Below are positions 38,909 through 49,281 of a stretch of DNA of 64,000 bases, piece after piece; positions within the stretch are counted from its first letter, which is position 1, and each line of letters begins with the position of its first letter. The position numbers and the translations under genes were made by a program. The stretch covers positions 4,928,001 through 4,992,000 of the forward strand of contig OY764216.1 of assembly GCA_963668315.1 (NCBI GenBank), in the 5' to 3' direction. The notes below the pieces were generated by a model, which saw nothing but the letters and a program-made list of their open reading frames with translations, did not search any database and was not told the origin of the DNA. This stretch comes from Spirochaetia bacterium. Its GTDB lineage: Bacteria; Spirochaetota; Spirochaetia; DSM-2461.

Positions 38909-40540
38909 TTACTCGCCTTTCTTATCCAGATAGTAGGAGTAATCCCCCTCGAACACCCTCATGATTCCATGGTCGATCTCGAAGACGCGGTTGACCAGAT
39001 GCTTGAGAAAGTAGCGGTCATGGCTGACGATAATCAGGGTTCCCTCGAACTTCTGCAACGCCTCCAGGAGAACTTCCCGGCTGGCTATATCCAGATGGTT
39101 CGTCGGCTCATCCAGCATCAGGAAGTTGATGGGCCGGGCCAGAAGGGAGGCCAGCATGACCCGGCTCTTTTCCCCGCCCGAAAGGATTCCTATCTTTTTT
39201 TCCGTATCGTCACCGGAGAACTGAAAAGCCCCCAGGAGGTTCTTGATCGTCCCGATGGTCTCCATGGGCAATAGGGCGGAGATTTCCTCGAAAATGGTGC
39301 TTTCCATGTTCAGGGAGTCGCCGGAATACTGACTGAAGTAGCCCGGCTGAAGGCTGGCGCCCAGCTCGCTCATTCCTTCGGTCGGTTCCGTCATGCCGGC
39401 CAGAACTTTCAGCAGGGTGGATTTTCCCGCCCCGTTGATTCCGGTCAGGCCGATTTTATCCCCCCGCTGGACAACTCCCGTGATTCCGGAAAACACCGGA
39501 TGCACCCCGCCTGCGGGAAGGGGCCAGGTCTTGGCCAGATTTTCCATGCGGACGACCACATCGCCCGAACGCGGACAAGGGGGGAAGTTGAACTTCATGA
39601 CCTTCGGATCGGGGGGAACGACGATGCGCTCCATTTTCTCTATCATCTTGACCCGGGACTGGACCTGGGCGGCATGGGAGGCCCGTGCGGCGAAACGGGC
39701 GATAAACTCCTCTTCCTTGGCCAGCATGGCCTGCTGCCTCCGCTGGGCGGCAATGAGCTGCTCCCGGCGGATCTCCCGCTCCCGCAGGTAGAAATCGTAA
39801 TCCCCCGAATAGGTGGTGACCGCTTCTCCGGCCACTTCCACGGTCTTTTTACAGAGACGGGTCATAAATTCCCGGTCGTGGCTCGTCATCATCAGGGCGC
39901 CTTTGAAGGAGTTGAGCCACTCCTCCAGCCAGATGATCGATTCCATATCCAGGTGGTTCGTCGGCTCGTCCATAAGAAGGACATCGGGATTCAGGAGGAG
40001 AATCTGAGCCAGGGCGATACGCATTTTCCAGCCTCCGCTGAAATTCTCCACCCCTTCACTCTGGCGGGATTCACTAATACCCAGACCGTCGAGAATCGCC
40101 CGGGCGTTGCTCTCCAGCTCGTAGCCGTCCCGGTTCATGAACTCGGTCTGGACCTCGCCGTAGCGGTTCATGAACTCTTCCATAGCTTCGTCGTCCATTT
40201 CGGCCATCAGGTCCGGATCGGACATGGTATGCTCCATCTCCTCCATGATCCGGCTCAGTTCGTAAACACGGCCGGCGCCCTCGATGACCTGATGCAGGAC
40301 CGACTTTCCGGCCATCTCTCCCACGTCCTGGGAAAAATACCCCACCACCACGCCGGGATCGACGGAAACGGTGCCGTCATCGGGCTTATCTTCACCGGAA
40401 ATAATACGGAACAGAGTGGTCTTCCCGGAACCGTTGGGCCCGACCAGCCCTATTCTGTCGCCTCTCTGAATGAGAAGAGACGAGTCTTTATAAATAATGC
40501 GGTCGCCGAAAGCGACTCGGATGTTAGATAGATTTACCAT
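38909..40540 (-). CDS. ABC-F family ATPase
   Basis: Two ABC domains (GPNGSGKT, FSGGWKMR, DEPTNHLD; GINGAGKS, LSGGEK), no TM domain. Confidence 0.95.
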   Translation of the reverse strand: MVNLSNIRVAFGDRIIYKDSSLLIQRGDRIGLVGPNGSGKTTLFRIISGEDKPDDGTVSVDPGVVVGYFSQDVGEMAGKSVLHQVIEGAGRVYELSRIMEEMEHTMSDPDLMAEMDDEAMEEFMNRYGEVQTEFMNRDGYELESNARAILDGLGISESRQSEGVENFSGGWKMRIALAQILLLNPDVLLMDEPTNHLDMESIIWLEEWLNSFKGALMMTSHDREFMTRLCKKTVEVAGEAVTTYSGDYDFYLREREIRREQLIAAQRRQQAMLAKEEEFIARFAARASHAAQVQSRVKMIEKMERIVVPPDPKVMKFNFPPCPRSGDVVVRMENLAKTWPLPAGGVHPVFSGITGVVQRGDKIGLTGINGAGKSTLLKVLAGMTEPTEGMSELGASLQPGYFSQYSGDSLNMESTIFEEISALLPMETIGTIKNLLGAFQFSGDDTEKKIGILSGGEKSRVMLASLLARPINFLMLDEPTNHLDIASREVLLEALQKFEGTLIIVSHDRYFLKHLVNRVFEIDHGIMRVFEGDYSYYLDKKGE

Positions 40541-40739
40541 AATTTGCTCTCCGACTTTATACTCGATTTCCTAAGCCCATGGCAAGGGTTGCATGGGGTG
40601 TTCGGCTATACCGGACGGCCGTATCCCCGATGCGGACATGACGGGCAACAGAACGGGGGCCATGACCTTCGGCCCCAGAAAAGTTCTGAGAGCGGCGGGG
40701 GCGAATAAGATCGTCCCCGCCGAGGCGGGGCTTTAATCC

Positions 40740-42527
40740 CTACCCTTCCGGATTCGCTGAGAAGATTTTTCTGATTCTATCCCGGTCGAACTTCTCCGAC
40801 CGGTCATAGAAGTAAATACCGTTGGTCTCCTGCTCCACGTCGGTCAGCTGGGTGTAGCAGTACCCCCGGATATGCCTCAGGGACAGAACCGCCTTCACCT
40901 GCTCCTCAAGCCTATGGTAAAACTCCTCTTCGGAAGTGACATCCTTGCCGTAACCCCAGGAGACCCAGCGGTTTTTCTTCTCCATATCCCCGTTATCATC
41001 AGTCTCCTTGCCCGCAGAGGGATCCCACTTTATTCCGCCGAACTCATCCAGGAGATAGGGCTGCCCCTTATACTCCGAATCCGCATCGGGGAAATTTCTG
41101 AAAGGCTTCCCCTCCCCGTCCGGAGAAAGGATCTCCTTCAGTTTTGCCGGATCCTGCTCGTACTGGTGAACAGTATAGAGATCGGTCACATAGTGAATAT
41201 AACCGCTGGCATCGTTTACCGGCCGGGAGGGATCCATAGAGCGGCACAGATCATAACAGGCGCGGTGGATGCGCTCATGATGCTCCCGGTTCACCACATC
41301 CCAGGTTTCATTGAAGGGAGTCCAGACAATAAGGGAAGGATGGTTCCTGTCCCGGGCGATCTCCTCTCTCAGCTCGGAAAGAAAATTCATATGGGTCAGG
41401 CCTTCCTGATTGTAATTACTTCCCCAGGAAGCCGTCTCCCCCCAGCAGAGATACCCCAGCCGGTCGGCCCAGTAATAAAACCGGGGCTCGAAAACCTTCT
41501 GATGCAGACGGGCTCCGTTGAAACCGGCTCCCTGGGAAAGAAGGATATCCTCCTTCAACGCTTCGTCGGAAGGTGCCGTCCAGATTCCCTCCGGATAGAA
41601 CCCCTGATCCAGCACAAGCCTCTGGTAGCAGGTTTCGCCGTTAAGAAGGAAGCGGTCCCCCTCGATCGAAACTTCCCTCATCCCGTGGTAGCTCTCGACG
41701 CGGTCAAGAATTTGTCCGTTCCCGTCCGTTACGGTAAGAATCAGATCGTAAAGAACCGGAGATTCGGGAGACCAGAGGGAGGGATTTTCCAGGGAAATGG
41801 GAATTGTCCGCCCGTTCACTCCTCGCCCGGAATACACGGCTTTCTCCTCCCCCTCCAGGGAGACACTTACCGATAATTTCTGACCGGGTGCGGAGGACCG
41901 GAAAAGGGGTGTCAGCAGAATGGAGCGGGATTCCAGGTCGGTATTCAGGATAAGGGAATCCAGCCCGCAGGGGGAAACCCCCTCCAGCCAGACGGTCTGC
42001 CAGATTCCCGTGGTTCTCGTATAAAAGCATTTGTGGGAATGGTAGATGGAAGACTGCTTTCCCGAAGGCTGTACCCCCTCCCAGAGGTTGGTTCTGACCG
42101 CCACGTTCAGTCTCTTTGTCTCTCCCGCCCGTATATGACCGGTCAGATCGATAGAAAAGGAGACACTTCCCCCCGTATGGCGTCCCACCAGCCGGCCGTC
42201 CAGATAAACGGCGCATTTGTAATAAACGGCTCCGAAATTCAGTAAAATATCCATTCCTTCCCAATCGGAGGGAATGGTAATATCCCGGCCGTAGGTCATG
42301 GCCGCCAGAAATTCCCGGTTCCCTATCCCGGAAAGGGAACTCTCCGGACAGAAGGGCACCGTGATGTGCCCGCTGTAGGAAACATCGGGTAATATTTCCG
42401 GGAATTCCCGATAATAACTCTGTCGGGAGCTCTCATGATCGAGTTTAACCTTCCATTCGCCGTTCAAATTGATCCATCTGTCCCTTCTGAACTGGGGACG
42501 GGGATACTCCGGTCTGGGAATACTCAT
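40740..42527 (-). CDS. Glycoside hydrolase family 2
   Basis: PRPEYPRPQ, LNGEW, LDQGFYPEG, RLHQK, WTPFNE, DEFGG, YCYTQLTDVEQE. Confidence 0.9.
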   Translation of the reverse strand: MSIPRPEYPRPQFRRDRWINLNGEWKVKLDHESSRQSYYREFPEILPDVSYSGHITVPFCPESSLSGIGNREFLAAMTYGRDITIPSDWEGMDILLNFGAVYYKCAVYLDGRLVGRHTGGSVSFSIDLTGHIRAGETKRLNVAVRTNLWEGVQPSGKQSSIYHSHKCFYTRTTGIWQTVWLEGVSPCGLDSLILNTDLESRSILLTPLFRSSAPGQKLSVSVSLEGEEKAVYSGRGVNGRTIPISLENPSLWSPESPVLYDLILTVTDGNGQILDRVESYHGMREVSIEGDRFLLNGETCYQRLVLDQGFYPEGIWTAPSDEALKEDILLSQGAGFNGARLHQKVFEPRFYYWADRLGYLCWGETASWGSNYNQEGLTHMNFLSELREEIARDRNHPSLIVWTPFNETWDVVNREHHERIHRACYDLCRSMDPSRPVNDASGYIHYVTDLYTVHQYEQDPAKLKEILSPDGEGKPFRNFPDADSEYKGQPYLLDEFGGIKWDPSAGKETDDNGDMEKKNRWVSWGYGKDVTSEEEFYHRLEEQVKAVLSLRHIRGYCYTQLTDVEQETNGIYFYDRSEKFDRDRIRKIFSANPEG

Positions 42528-42663
42528 ATCTAACCTCTCTCTGTTTAATTCTGATAGACAGCATAATGCCATCCAGGGCGCCGCGAAATGGCTTGTCCTA
42601 TTGAATAAATATCCAATACTATCCTATTCTGTCTCTAAAACAGATTAAACAGGAGGCTGTTCC

Positions 42664-43500
42664 ATGATTCATATCCCCAGAGACTGCCGCGAGGACTTCA
42701 TTCCCGTCAACATACCCGGAGCGTCCCTGGCCGAAGAATGGGGCATAGAGCTGGCGGGAATCAGCGATCTGACAAAAGGATATATAGTGGACAGGAGAGA
42801 GTGTCCCTTTACCCTGCTTCTCTGCGTGCTCGAAGGCCGGGGGGAATATATCAGCAAGGGAGAGACCTGTGATCTTGTCAGGGGAGATATCATCCTGATG
42901 GGAGAGGGAGCTGACCACCTTTACCGGTGCGCCGGTTCCTGGAGTATTCTCTGGTTTCACTTAAGCGGGAATCAGTGGAAAGAGGGAGGAGAGCCGATTT
43001 GGAAGACGAACAGGACCGACCTGACAGACTCCCTTTACCATCTTTCCCTCACCTACCGGAATGAGAGTCAGCTGGAAGGCTCCGAAACTGTCCTGCCCTC
43101 CCTGGGGGAAGGCCTGAACAGTATGATTGAGCGCGTGCTCTCCCTCTCCGGCGCTCCTTCCGGCCATGGCCACGGCAGAAAACTTCTGCTGAATCTGAAA
43201 AAGGTGATCCGGGAAAATATCTCCCGTGACTGGTCCGTGGAAGAGCTGGCCTCTCAGATCAATATCTCCCCCTCCTATCTCTATAAAGTGGTTCGTAAGG
43301 AAGAGCGGACAACCCCGCTGGGACTGGTAAAGAAGCTGAGAATGGACCTTGCCCTGCAGCTCCTGACCCGTTCGGACTATCCGCTGAAGTATATTGCCGA
43401 ACGGGTCGGCTATGCCACGGCCTACTCCTTCACGAAGGCCTTTAAAAAGTCCTTCGCCCTCAGCCCCGGCAGATACCGCCGGGAACCGGAGGAGGACTAG
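42664..43500 (+). CDS. AraC family regulator (divergent from GH2)
   Basis: WSVEELA...IAERVGYATAYSFTKAFKK. Confidence 0.9.
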   Translation: MIHIPRDCREDFIPVNIPGASLAEEWGIELAGISDLTKGYIVDRRECPFTLLLCVLEGRGEYISKGETCDLVRGDIILMGEGADHLYRCAGSWSILWFHLSGNQWKEGGEPIWKTNRTDLTDSLYHLSLTYRNESQLEGSETVLPSLGEGLNSMIERVLSLSGAPSGHGHGRKLLLNLKKVIRENISRDWSVEELASQINISPSYLYKVVRKEERTTPLGLVKKLRMDLALQLLTRSDYPLKYIAERVGYATAYSFTKAFKKSFALSPGRYRREPEED

Positions 43501-44677
43501 GCTTCCTGCGCGGCCGTGCGCTGTCTCATTTCAAAACGGGCGATGAAAAGGGCGGCGATCAAACCGGCTGTAAAGAGAATAAAGGACGCATAGAAAAAAA
43601 CGGAATTGATGCCGCTGACCGCCATGATCCTTCCGTTCAGAGCCGTGCCTACGGCCCCGCCCACGAACATGTTGAATGAGGCCAGCGACATGGCTGTTCC
43701 GCGCATGGCGGGCAGCTTGGCCTGAGCCGTTGCCACTAAGGTCGACTGGAGGAAGATGAAAGCCACTCCGAAGCCGAAAAGGGCGATGGCCAGGAACACC
43801 ACATTATGAAGTGCCGAAAGGGCATAGAGCCCGGCGAACCCCAGAACACCGGCGGTAACCAGAAAGCCGTGTTTCAAGAGGCGTCTGGCTTTGGGGGCGA
43901 TTCGCCCTCCCAACACCGTTCCCAAACCGAAGAAGGTAAGAATCAGTCCCACCTGGAGGACGGTATACTCGGTCAGCGACTGGAGGAGCTTACCCGAATA
44001 GGTGAAACTTCCGAAGACGGAAAAACCGACAAGGAAAATAACGAGGACCAGTCTCATGAAGCGATGGTTGGAGAAGGGTGCTTTGTAGGCGGTGACAAAA
44101 TTCAGCTTATCAACAACACCCTTGTCTCTCTCAAGGATTCTCAGGATCAGGAAGGCGATAATCAGCTCCCCCGCTCCGTAAAGGATATAGACCAGCCGCC
44201 AGGAGCCGAAATAGGAGATGATTCCCCCCAGGGCCGTCGCCGTCGCACCGCCGAGGAACATCAGTCCCATGACTTTTCCAAGGGCACCCTGACGCTCCTT
44301 GTCGCCGAACGACTGACCGACCAGTGCCATGGTCACGGGGAAGATCCCCGCCCCGAAGGCGCCGTTGAAACTTCTGAAGACGATCAGGCTGGGCAGGCTG
44401 AAGGCAAATCCTCCGATAATGCTGAAGACAGCCGTTCCGAAGGCGGCTATTCTGATAATCGTGACCTTTCCGTACCTGTCGGAAAGGGGACCGAAAATCA
44501 GGGTAAAAAGTCCGAAGGAGAGCATATAGGCCGTCACGGAGAGAGCGGCCTGCTGCATTTCCAGCCCCAGATCCTGTGAAATATTCAACAGCAAAGGCGC
44601 CGCGGCGTAGTTATCGCCGTTTGTCAGGAACGCGAGTATTCCCAGCATCATCAGCATGGTATTTTTTTTTCTTTCAT
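43497..44677 (-). CDS. MFS transporter; probable true start at 44677, separated from the ORF by a frameshift in an A9 run
   Basis: GPLSDRYGK motif A; SD GGAGA precedes ATG 44677, which lies 20 nt upstream of in-frame ATG 44657. Confidence 0.8.
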
Positions 44678-44713
44678 GAAATTGTTTCTCCGAAAGAAAA
44701 AATCGAGTCCCTG

Positions 44714-45082
44714 TCAGGCCTCTATCTTTTCCCTGATCTCACCGCTGACGCGGTCAATAATGTCCTGGTTGATGTCCGTTTTCCCCTTCTCCACCCCGTA
44801 ATCGGTCATGATATACTGGGTGCAGGAGAGTCCTTTGTTTTCAAAAATCTTCCTACCGCAGCCAACGGGGCAGCCGTCGAATACGATATTCTCCTCGGCC
44901 CCTTCGGCGGAGGCGAGGAATCCGAAAAGATCGGCGCCCACAGCGGCAAGGCAGGTTCCCGCTCCCACTCCGGAGCCTTTCAATTTTCTCCAGACCTGAT
45001 CCGCCAGATAACCGGTATTGGCCGATCCGGAACAGGAGTAAAGGAGCTTGAGTTTTTCATCTCCACCGCAGCAGCAGGACAT
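44714..45082 (-). CDS. DGC-domain putative zinc-binding protein
   Basis: YSCSGSANTG, CLAAVG, DGCPVGC. Confidence 0.8.
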   Translation of the reverse strand: MSCCCGGDEKLKLLYSCSGSANTGYLADQVWRKLKGSGVGAGTCLAAVGADLFGFLASAEGAEENIVFDGCPVGCGRKIFENKGLSCTQYIMTDYGVEKGKTDINQDIIDRVSGEIREKIEA

Positions 45083-45321
45083 TACATGACCTCCTTGATC
45101 TTCTCGATAACCTGCTCCGTGGTAAGAACCTTGCCCACGGTCTTCACATCATCATCGATAGCCAGGGCGGGAGTCATCATGACACCCATGTTCATGATCT
45201 CTTCCATGGAGGTGATCTTCACGACTTCCGCGTCAATTCCCAGCTCCTCCACCGCTTCCCGGGCCTTCTTCTCAAGGGTCTTGCACTTGGCGCAGCCCGA
45301 ACCTAATATCTGGATTTTCAT
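45082..45321 (-). CDS. Small thioredoxin-like redox protein (MTH895 type)
   Basis: ILGSGCAKC...GVMMTPALAID. Confidence 0.85.
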   Translation of the reverse strand: MKIQILGSGCAKCKTLEKKAREAVEELGIDAEVVKITSMEEIMNMGVMMTPALAIDDDVKTVGKVLTTEQVIEKIKEVM

Positions 45322-45345
45322 TTCATTCCTCCTGCTTCTATCATA

Positions 45346-45419
45346 TTTTCTTAATATTGAAACTATGAAACAAAAGAGTCAAGCACTTCCTTGACAAAGT
45401 TTCCATTTTTTGAAACATT
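45346..45419. promoter_or_regulatory. Two probable ArsR operators and a promoter
   Basis: TTTTC-N8-GAAAC (45346-45363) and GTTTC-N8-GAAAC (45399-45416); TTGACA at 45391. Confidence 0.55.
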
Positions 45420-45425
45420 TACGTT

Positions 45426-45743
45426 ATGATAAGTGACGATGAACTGGTGAGAGCCGAAAGACGGGCCCATATGTTTAAGGCCCTGTCCCATCCCATGAGG
45501 ATTTTCTTTCTTGAAAAGCTGCAGGACAAACCCTGGTGCGTCTGCGAGCTGGCCGAAGAGGCGGGCATACCCAAGTCGGCGGCGTCAAAGCACCTCTCAC
45601 AGCTCAAGGAGGCGGGGCTTGTGGACGATTCCAGGACCGGGACGAGGGTGGAATATCACATAACGGCTCCCTGCGTTCTTAAACTGGCGGCCTGCGCCGA
45701 GGGAACGGTTCTTCAGAACAGAAGAAAGCAGCTGGGATTGTAA
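45426..45743 (+). CDS. ArsR/SmtB family regulator
   Basis: FKALSHPMRI, CVCEL metal site, SKHLSQLK. Confidence 0.9.
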   Translation: MISDDELVRAERRAHMFKALSHPMRIFFLEKLQDKPWCVCELAEEAGIPKSAASKHLSQLKEAGLVDDSRTGTRVEYHITAPCVLKLAACAEGTVLQNRRKQLGL

Positions 45744-45755
45744 TCTCCCTGAAAA

Positions 45756-45779
45756 AAGGGACTCCCCGGGGAGTCCCTT
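45756..45779. terminator. Bidirectional terminator
   Basis: AAGGGACTCC / GGAGTCCCTT stem between convergent genes. Confidence 0.75.
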
Positions 45780-45809
45780 CTTAAAAAGATCTTTATCAAT
45801 AGTGAGAAA

Positions 45810-46247
45810 CTATTTCAGGTTGTTGTAATCGTCAGCGGAAACGGGCTCGAGCCACTCGTTGCTGCACTCTTCACCGGGAACTTCAAGGGATATATGGCTG
45901 AACCAGCTGTCTGCCTTGGCTCCGTGCCAGTGCTTGGTTCCGGTCTTGATATAGACAAAGGAACCTTCGGAAAGGCTGACGGCTTCCTTGCCCTCTTCCT
46001 GATACCAGCCCTCGCCGGCCGTGCAGATAAGCATCTGTCCGCCGCCGCTTTTGGCATTATGGACGTGCCAGTTGTTCCGGCAGCCCGGTTCAAAGGTTAC
46101 ATTGGCCAGAAACAGGGGAGTTTCACCGGGTTTCACGAGCAGGTTCAGAAAGGAATCGCCCACAAAATATTTGGCAAACATTTCATTGGCCATTCCCGTG
46201 CCGAACATATTTACCTTTTCAAACTCGTCTTTATCCATATACTTCAT
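45810..46247 (-). CDS. Cupin domain protein
   Basis: NVTFEPGCRNNWHVH, GGQML, KHWHGA, NEWLEPV. Confidence 0.85.
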   Translation of the reverse strand: MKYMDKDEFEKVNMFGTGMANEMFAKYFVGDSFLNLLVKPGETPLFLANVTFEPGCRNNWHVHNAKSGGGQMLICTAGEGWYQEEGKEAVSLSEGSFVYIKTGTKHWHGAKADSWFSHISLEVPGEECSNEWLEPVSADDYNNLK

Positions 46248-46426
46248 TATTCTACCTCCGTAGTTTGTATTTCATTGATTACTACGGTATTAATAATAAT
46301 TTATGCCCCGCTCAAAGAAAATGTCTATTCACACATTTTTATTGCCTATTCTTCCATATCTTACCTGAATTAGGCCTTCCGATGGCCCGGAAAATGCATA
46401 ATCGGCAAAGAATGGAAAAGGAAACA

Positions 46427-49069
46427 TCAGCTTTTCCTCCCTATTTCGATGGGGACATTCATCTTCACGGGTCCAATACCGTCATCGCATACAAAGGTCA
46501 CAACGACTGCTTTGTCCCGTTCAGGGGAAGGGATCCAGGAAAATGGTACCGGACGTCCCGGCTCAAAATCGGAGGTATCGAAAATAACCCCCTCCGGCAG
46601 GTTCACACATTTCAGGGTCAGGGGGGAATCAACTCCCCCCACGGCATAATCCCTTTTCTTCACCGTTTCATTGTAAATCATACCGGATGTCTGCCTGCGG
46701 GATACCTCATAGGCCGGCTGGCGCACCAGTACCTCGAAGCTGACGGTGCCGTTTTCCCGGACGGCTTGGGGTTTACAGGGGCGGAAAAACGGTCTGTAAA
46801 CCGTCTGGGGAAGGGGATAATCCTCCGTTTTCACAGGATAGACATAGCCGTTTTCCGGCAGCGCCGCGGTTTCCCCGTTATAAAGACTGTCCTTCGGCGT
46901 CCCCGGAGCCGGAGCGGAGACGGTTATCTCCTTTACGGAGTAGGCGGTAAGCCCCTCCACGCCCTCGACACCGGTCCCGGTATAGGGATAATCCGGGACG
47001 TACTCAAAGCAGGCGGGCCTCTTGCAGCGATTTGACACGGCGGCGATCTCTCCGTCCGCGGCCGTCATGGCCCTTACCCTTTCAAAGGCTCCGTTCCTGA
47101 CATCATCAAGAACAACGGGGTAGCGGGTGTCTTCCGTCTCAAAGGCGAGGGTCACATTCTTCAGATTGAGGTTTTCCACATGGCGGGCATAGAGGCCGTA
47201 GGCCGGCAGTATGCCCCAGTTGGACGGTTCGGGATAAACCTCGGGCAGTTCGGGAACATTGAAGGGAGAATCTTTCCACTCCCCCGTTTCCGCCATCCAA
47301 TCCGCCCTCGGCAGAAGCCCCTCGTGCTTCAGGAAAAAAGTATTCACCAGCCAGGGCAGAGACTGAACGGGCTTCTCCTTCTTTCCGTTTTGAGCGTACT
47401 CCCAGTTGGTATTGAGCTGGCGCTGCTCCGTCGCATGCTGCAGGGAGAGCCCCCCGCGGTAGGTCAGGGAGATATTTTCCAGAAGCACATTCTTCACGGG
47501 ACTTCCCATAAGCCCCATGATCTCCGCGGGATAGCGGGGATCGATATTCGTCGCCGTGATATTCCGGATGATGATGTTGAATACCTTCGCCATCTCACGG
47601 CTCTTGCCGTTTCCCCGGGTCATCACGTCCCGGGAATCGAGTTCGACGGATTCATCCGCGACATACGCCCCCTGCCGGCTGTCGTAGCGCCTGGCGAAAT
47701 ACGCCCCTTCCCTCTCCTCATAATTCGCCCTGTTGAGGAGGCAGGGCCGAGAGGGATTGACGATATCAAAGTCCGAATACCCGTCAATGCAGACGCGGGA
47801 GGAGCGGTCGTAAGCCGGGGTGTACCTTATAGCCGGATAGAGATCATACCCCTCCCTGCCGGGGAGCACCCACTGCCTGTTTTCCAGTCGGACATCGCTC
47901 TCTTCGGGGAAGATTTCCTCCCCTTTGTGCTGCCCGGTCACGGGGAAGCGGCACCTGTCGCCGACCCGGATGAATAGGGGGGAGCTGCTTATATTGTCCA
48001 TGACGGAGTCTTCGAAGAGGATATTGCTCAGATCGGCTCCGTCAACCGCTTCCAGGGCGAATCCCCGGGAGCGGCTGAACTGTATGCGCCTTACCGTCAC
48101 CCGGTCATAACCGCAGGTCGATTCCGTTCCCAGCTTCACCCGGGCGGTCGGTCCGCAGCGGTCCGTCGCCACCAGCTTTTCCGAAGTGTAATCGCCGGAA
48201 TAGACCGAGCCCATATCATAGCCGCTGACCTTGCAGTCCTCTATGAGGACATTCTTCAGGGGCATGAACTTTCCCCCGCCGTAGGAGGCTTTCAGAACAA
48301 CCGCGTCGTCGGTCAATGAGTTGAAGCGGGAACCGGTAATCGTGACATTTTCACAGCAGTCCACATCAATGGCATCCCGGTTCGTATCCACCAGGATATT
48401 CTCCACCAGCATATTTTCCACGCAGGTGGTGATAACGGCGAAATGGCCGCCCGCCAGAATAGTGAAATCGGCGAGGATCACATTCCGGCAGCGGACCAGG
48501 GCCACCGCTTTATTGCCGAACCACTCCCCCCGGTGGCCCGCTTTGTCCCTGCGGTCAGGATCAAAGGGGTCGCCCCCCATCAGGATATGCTCCCTTTCGC
48601 CCTCATCGTTCAGAAAGCTTCCGTCCATCAGCCCCGGACCGTAGATCATGACATCCGAAAGATCCGCTCCGTAAATCAGGCTGTTGGCGAAATAGGTATG
48701 TCCGTGATCCTGAAGTCCGAAATAGGGATTGATTTCCGGTTCCAGATAGTTCCCCCCCTCTCCGGTCTGAGTCTCGTAGGAATTCCTGATATCCGTTCCG
48801 GCCGCCTGCAGTACGCTTCCTTCGGACAGATAGAGATTGACGCGGCTCTTCAGCTGAACCGTATAAATCCGGAATTTTCCCTCGGGAACCACGACGGTGC
48901 CGCCGCCCTTCTCAGAGGCCTCCAGAATTGCCCGGTTAATCGCCCGGGTATTTTCCGCGGGAGGGGTGTTCACCCCCGCGCCGAAATCACGAATATCGAA
49001 CCGACTCTCCCCTTTCAGAAGATAGGCCCGGTTAAAGGGACAGCCCGTCGCCTCTTTTACTTCAAACAT
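46427..49069 (-). CDS. Pectin-lyase-fold glycoside hydrolase (GH28-like), unusually long
   Basis: DIRDFGA, NTRAINRAI, GGGTVVVPEG, LKSRVNL, NRDAIDVD, DDAVVLK, KLGTES. Confidence 0.75.
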   Translation of the reverse strand: MFEVKEATGCPFNRAYLLKGESRFDIRDFGAGVNTPPAENTRAINRAILEASEKGGGTVVVPEGKFRIYTVQLKSRVNLYLSEGSVLQAAGTDIRNSYETQTGEGGNYLEPEINPYFGLQDHGHTYFANSLIYGADLSDVMIYGPGLMDGSFLNDEGEREHILMGGDPFDPDRRDKAGHRGEWFGNKAVALVRCRNVILADFTILAGGHFAVITTCVENMLVENILVDTNRDAIDVDCCENVTITGSRFNSLTDDAVVLKASYGGGKFMPLKNVLIEDCKVSGYDMGSVYSGDYTSEKLVATDRCGPTARVKLGTESTCGYDRVTVRRIQFSRSRGFALEAVDGADLSNILFEDSVMDNISSSPLFIRVGDRCRFPVTGQHKGEEIFPEESDVRLENRQWVLPGREGYDLYPAIRYTPAYDRSSRVCIDGYSDFDIVNPSRPCLLNRANYEEREGAYFARRYDSRQGAYVADESVELDSRDVMTRGNGKSREMAKVFNIIIRNITATNIDPRYPAEIMGLMGSPVKNVLLENISLTYRGGLSLQHATEQRQLNTNWEYAQNGKKEKPVQSLPWLVNTFFLKHEGLLPRADWMAETGEWKDSPFNVPELPEVYPEPSNWGILPAYGLYARHVENLNLKNVTLAFETEDTRYPVVLDDVRNGAFERVRAMTAADGEIAAVSNRCKRPACFEYVPDYPYTGTGVEGVEGLTAYSVKEITVSAPAPGTPKDSLYNGETAALPENGYVYPVKTEDYPLPQTVYRPFFRPCKPQAVRENGTVSFEVLVRQPAYEVSRRQTSGMIYNETVKKRDYAVGGVDSPLTLKCVNLPEGVIFDTSDFEPGRPVPFSWIPSPERDKAVVVTFVCDDGIGPVKMNVPIEIGRKS

Positions 49070-49281
49070 GTCATACTCCTGGACCGATGGGTACCGTTAA
49101 AATGCCACAGTCTGAACAATTGTTCAATGACAGGGAGTGTTTTTCCCGTCCTTCAGGAATATAGTATCTGTCCGTTTATTAAATAATTGACAAAACCGCG
49201 CTGTGTGATACGATATATTACATATGTACCACATCGGCTGTCCCCCGGGATGGCCATGGAGTACACAGGAAGGAGATTTAT

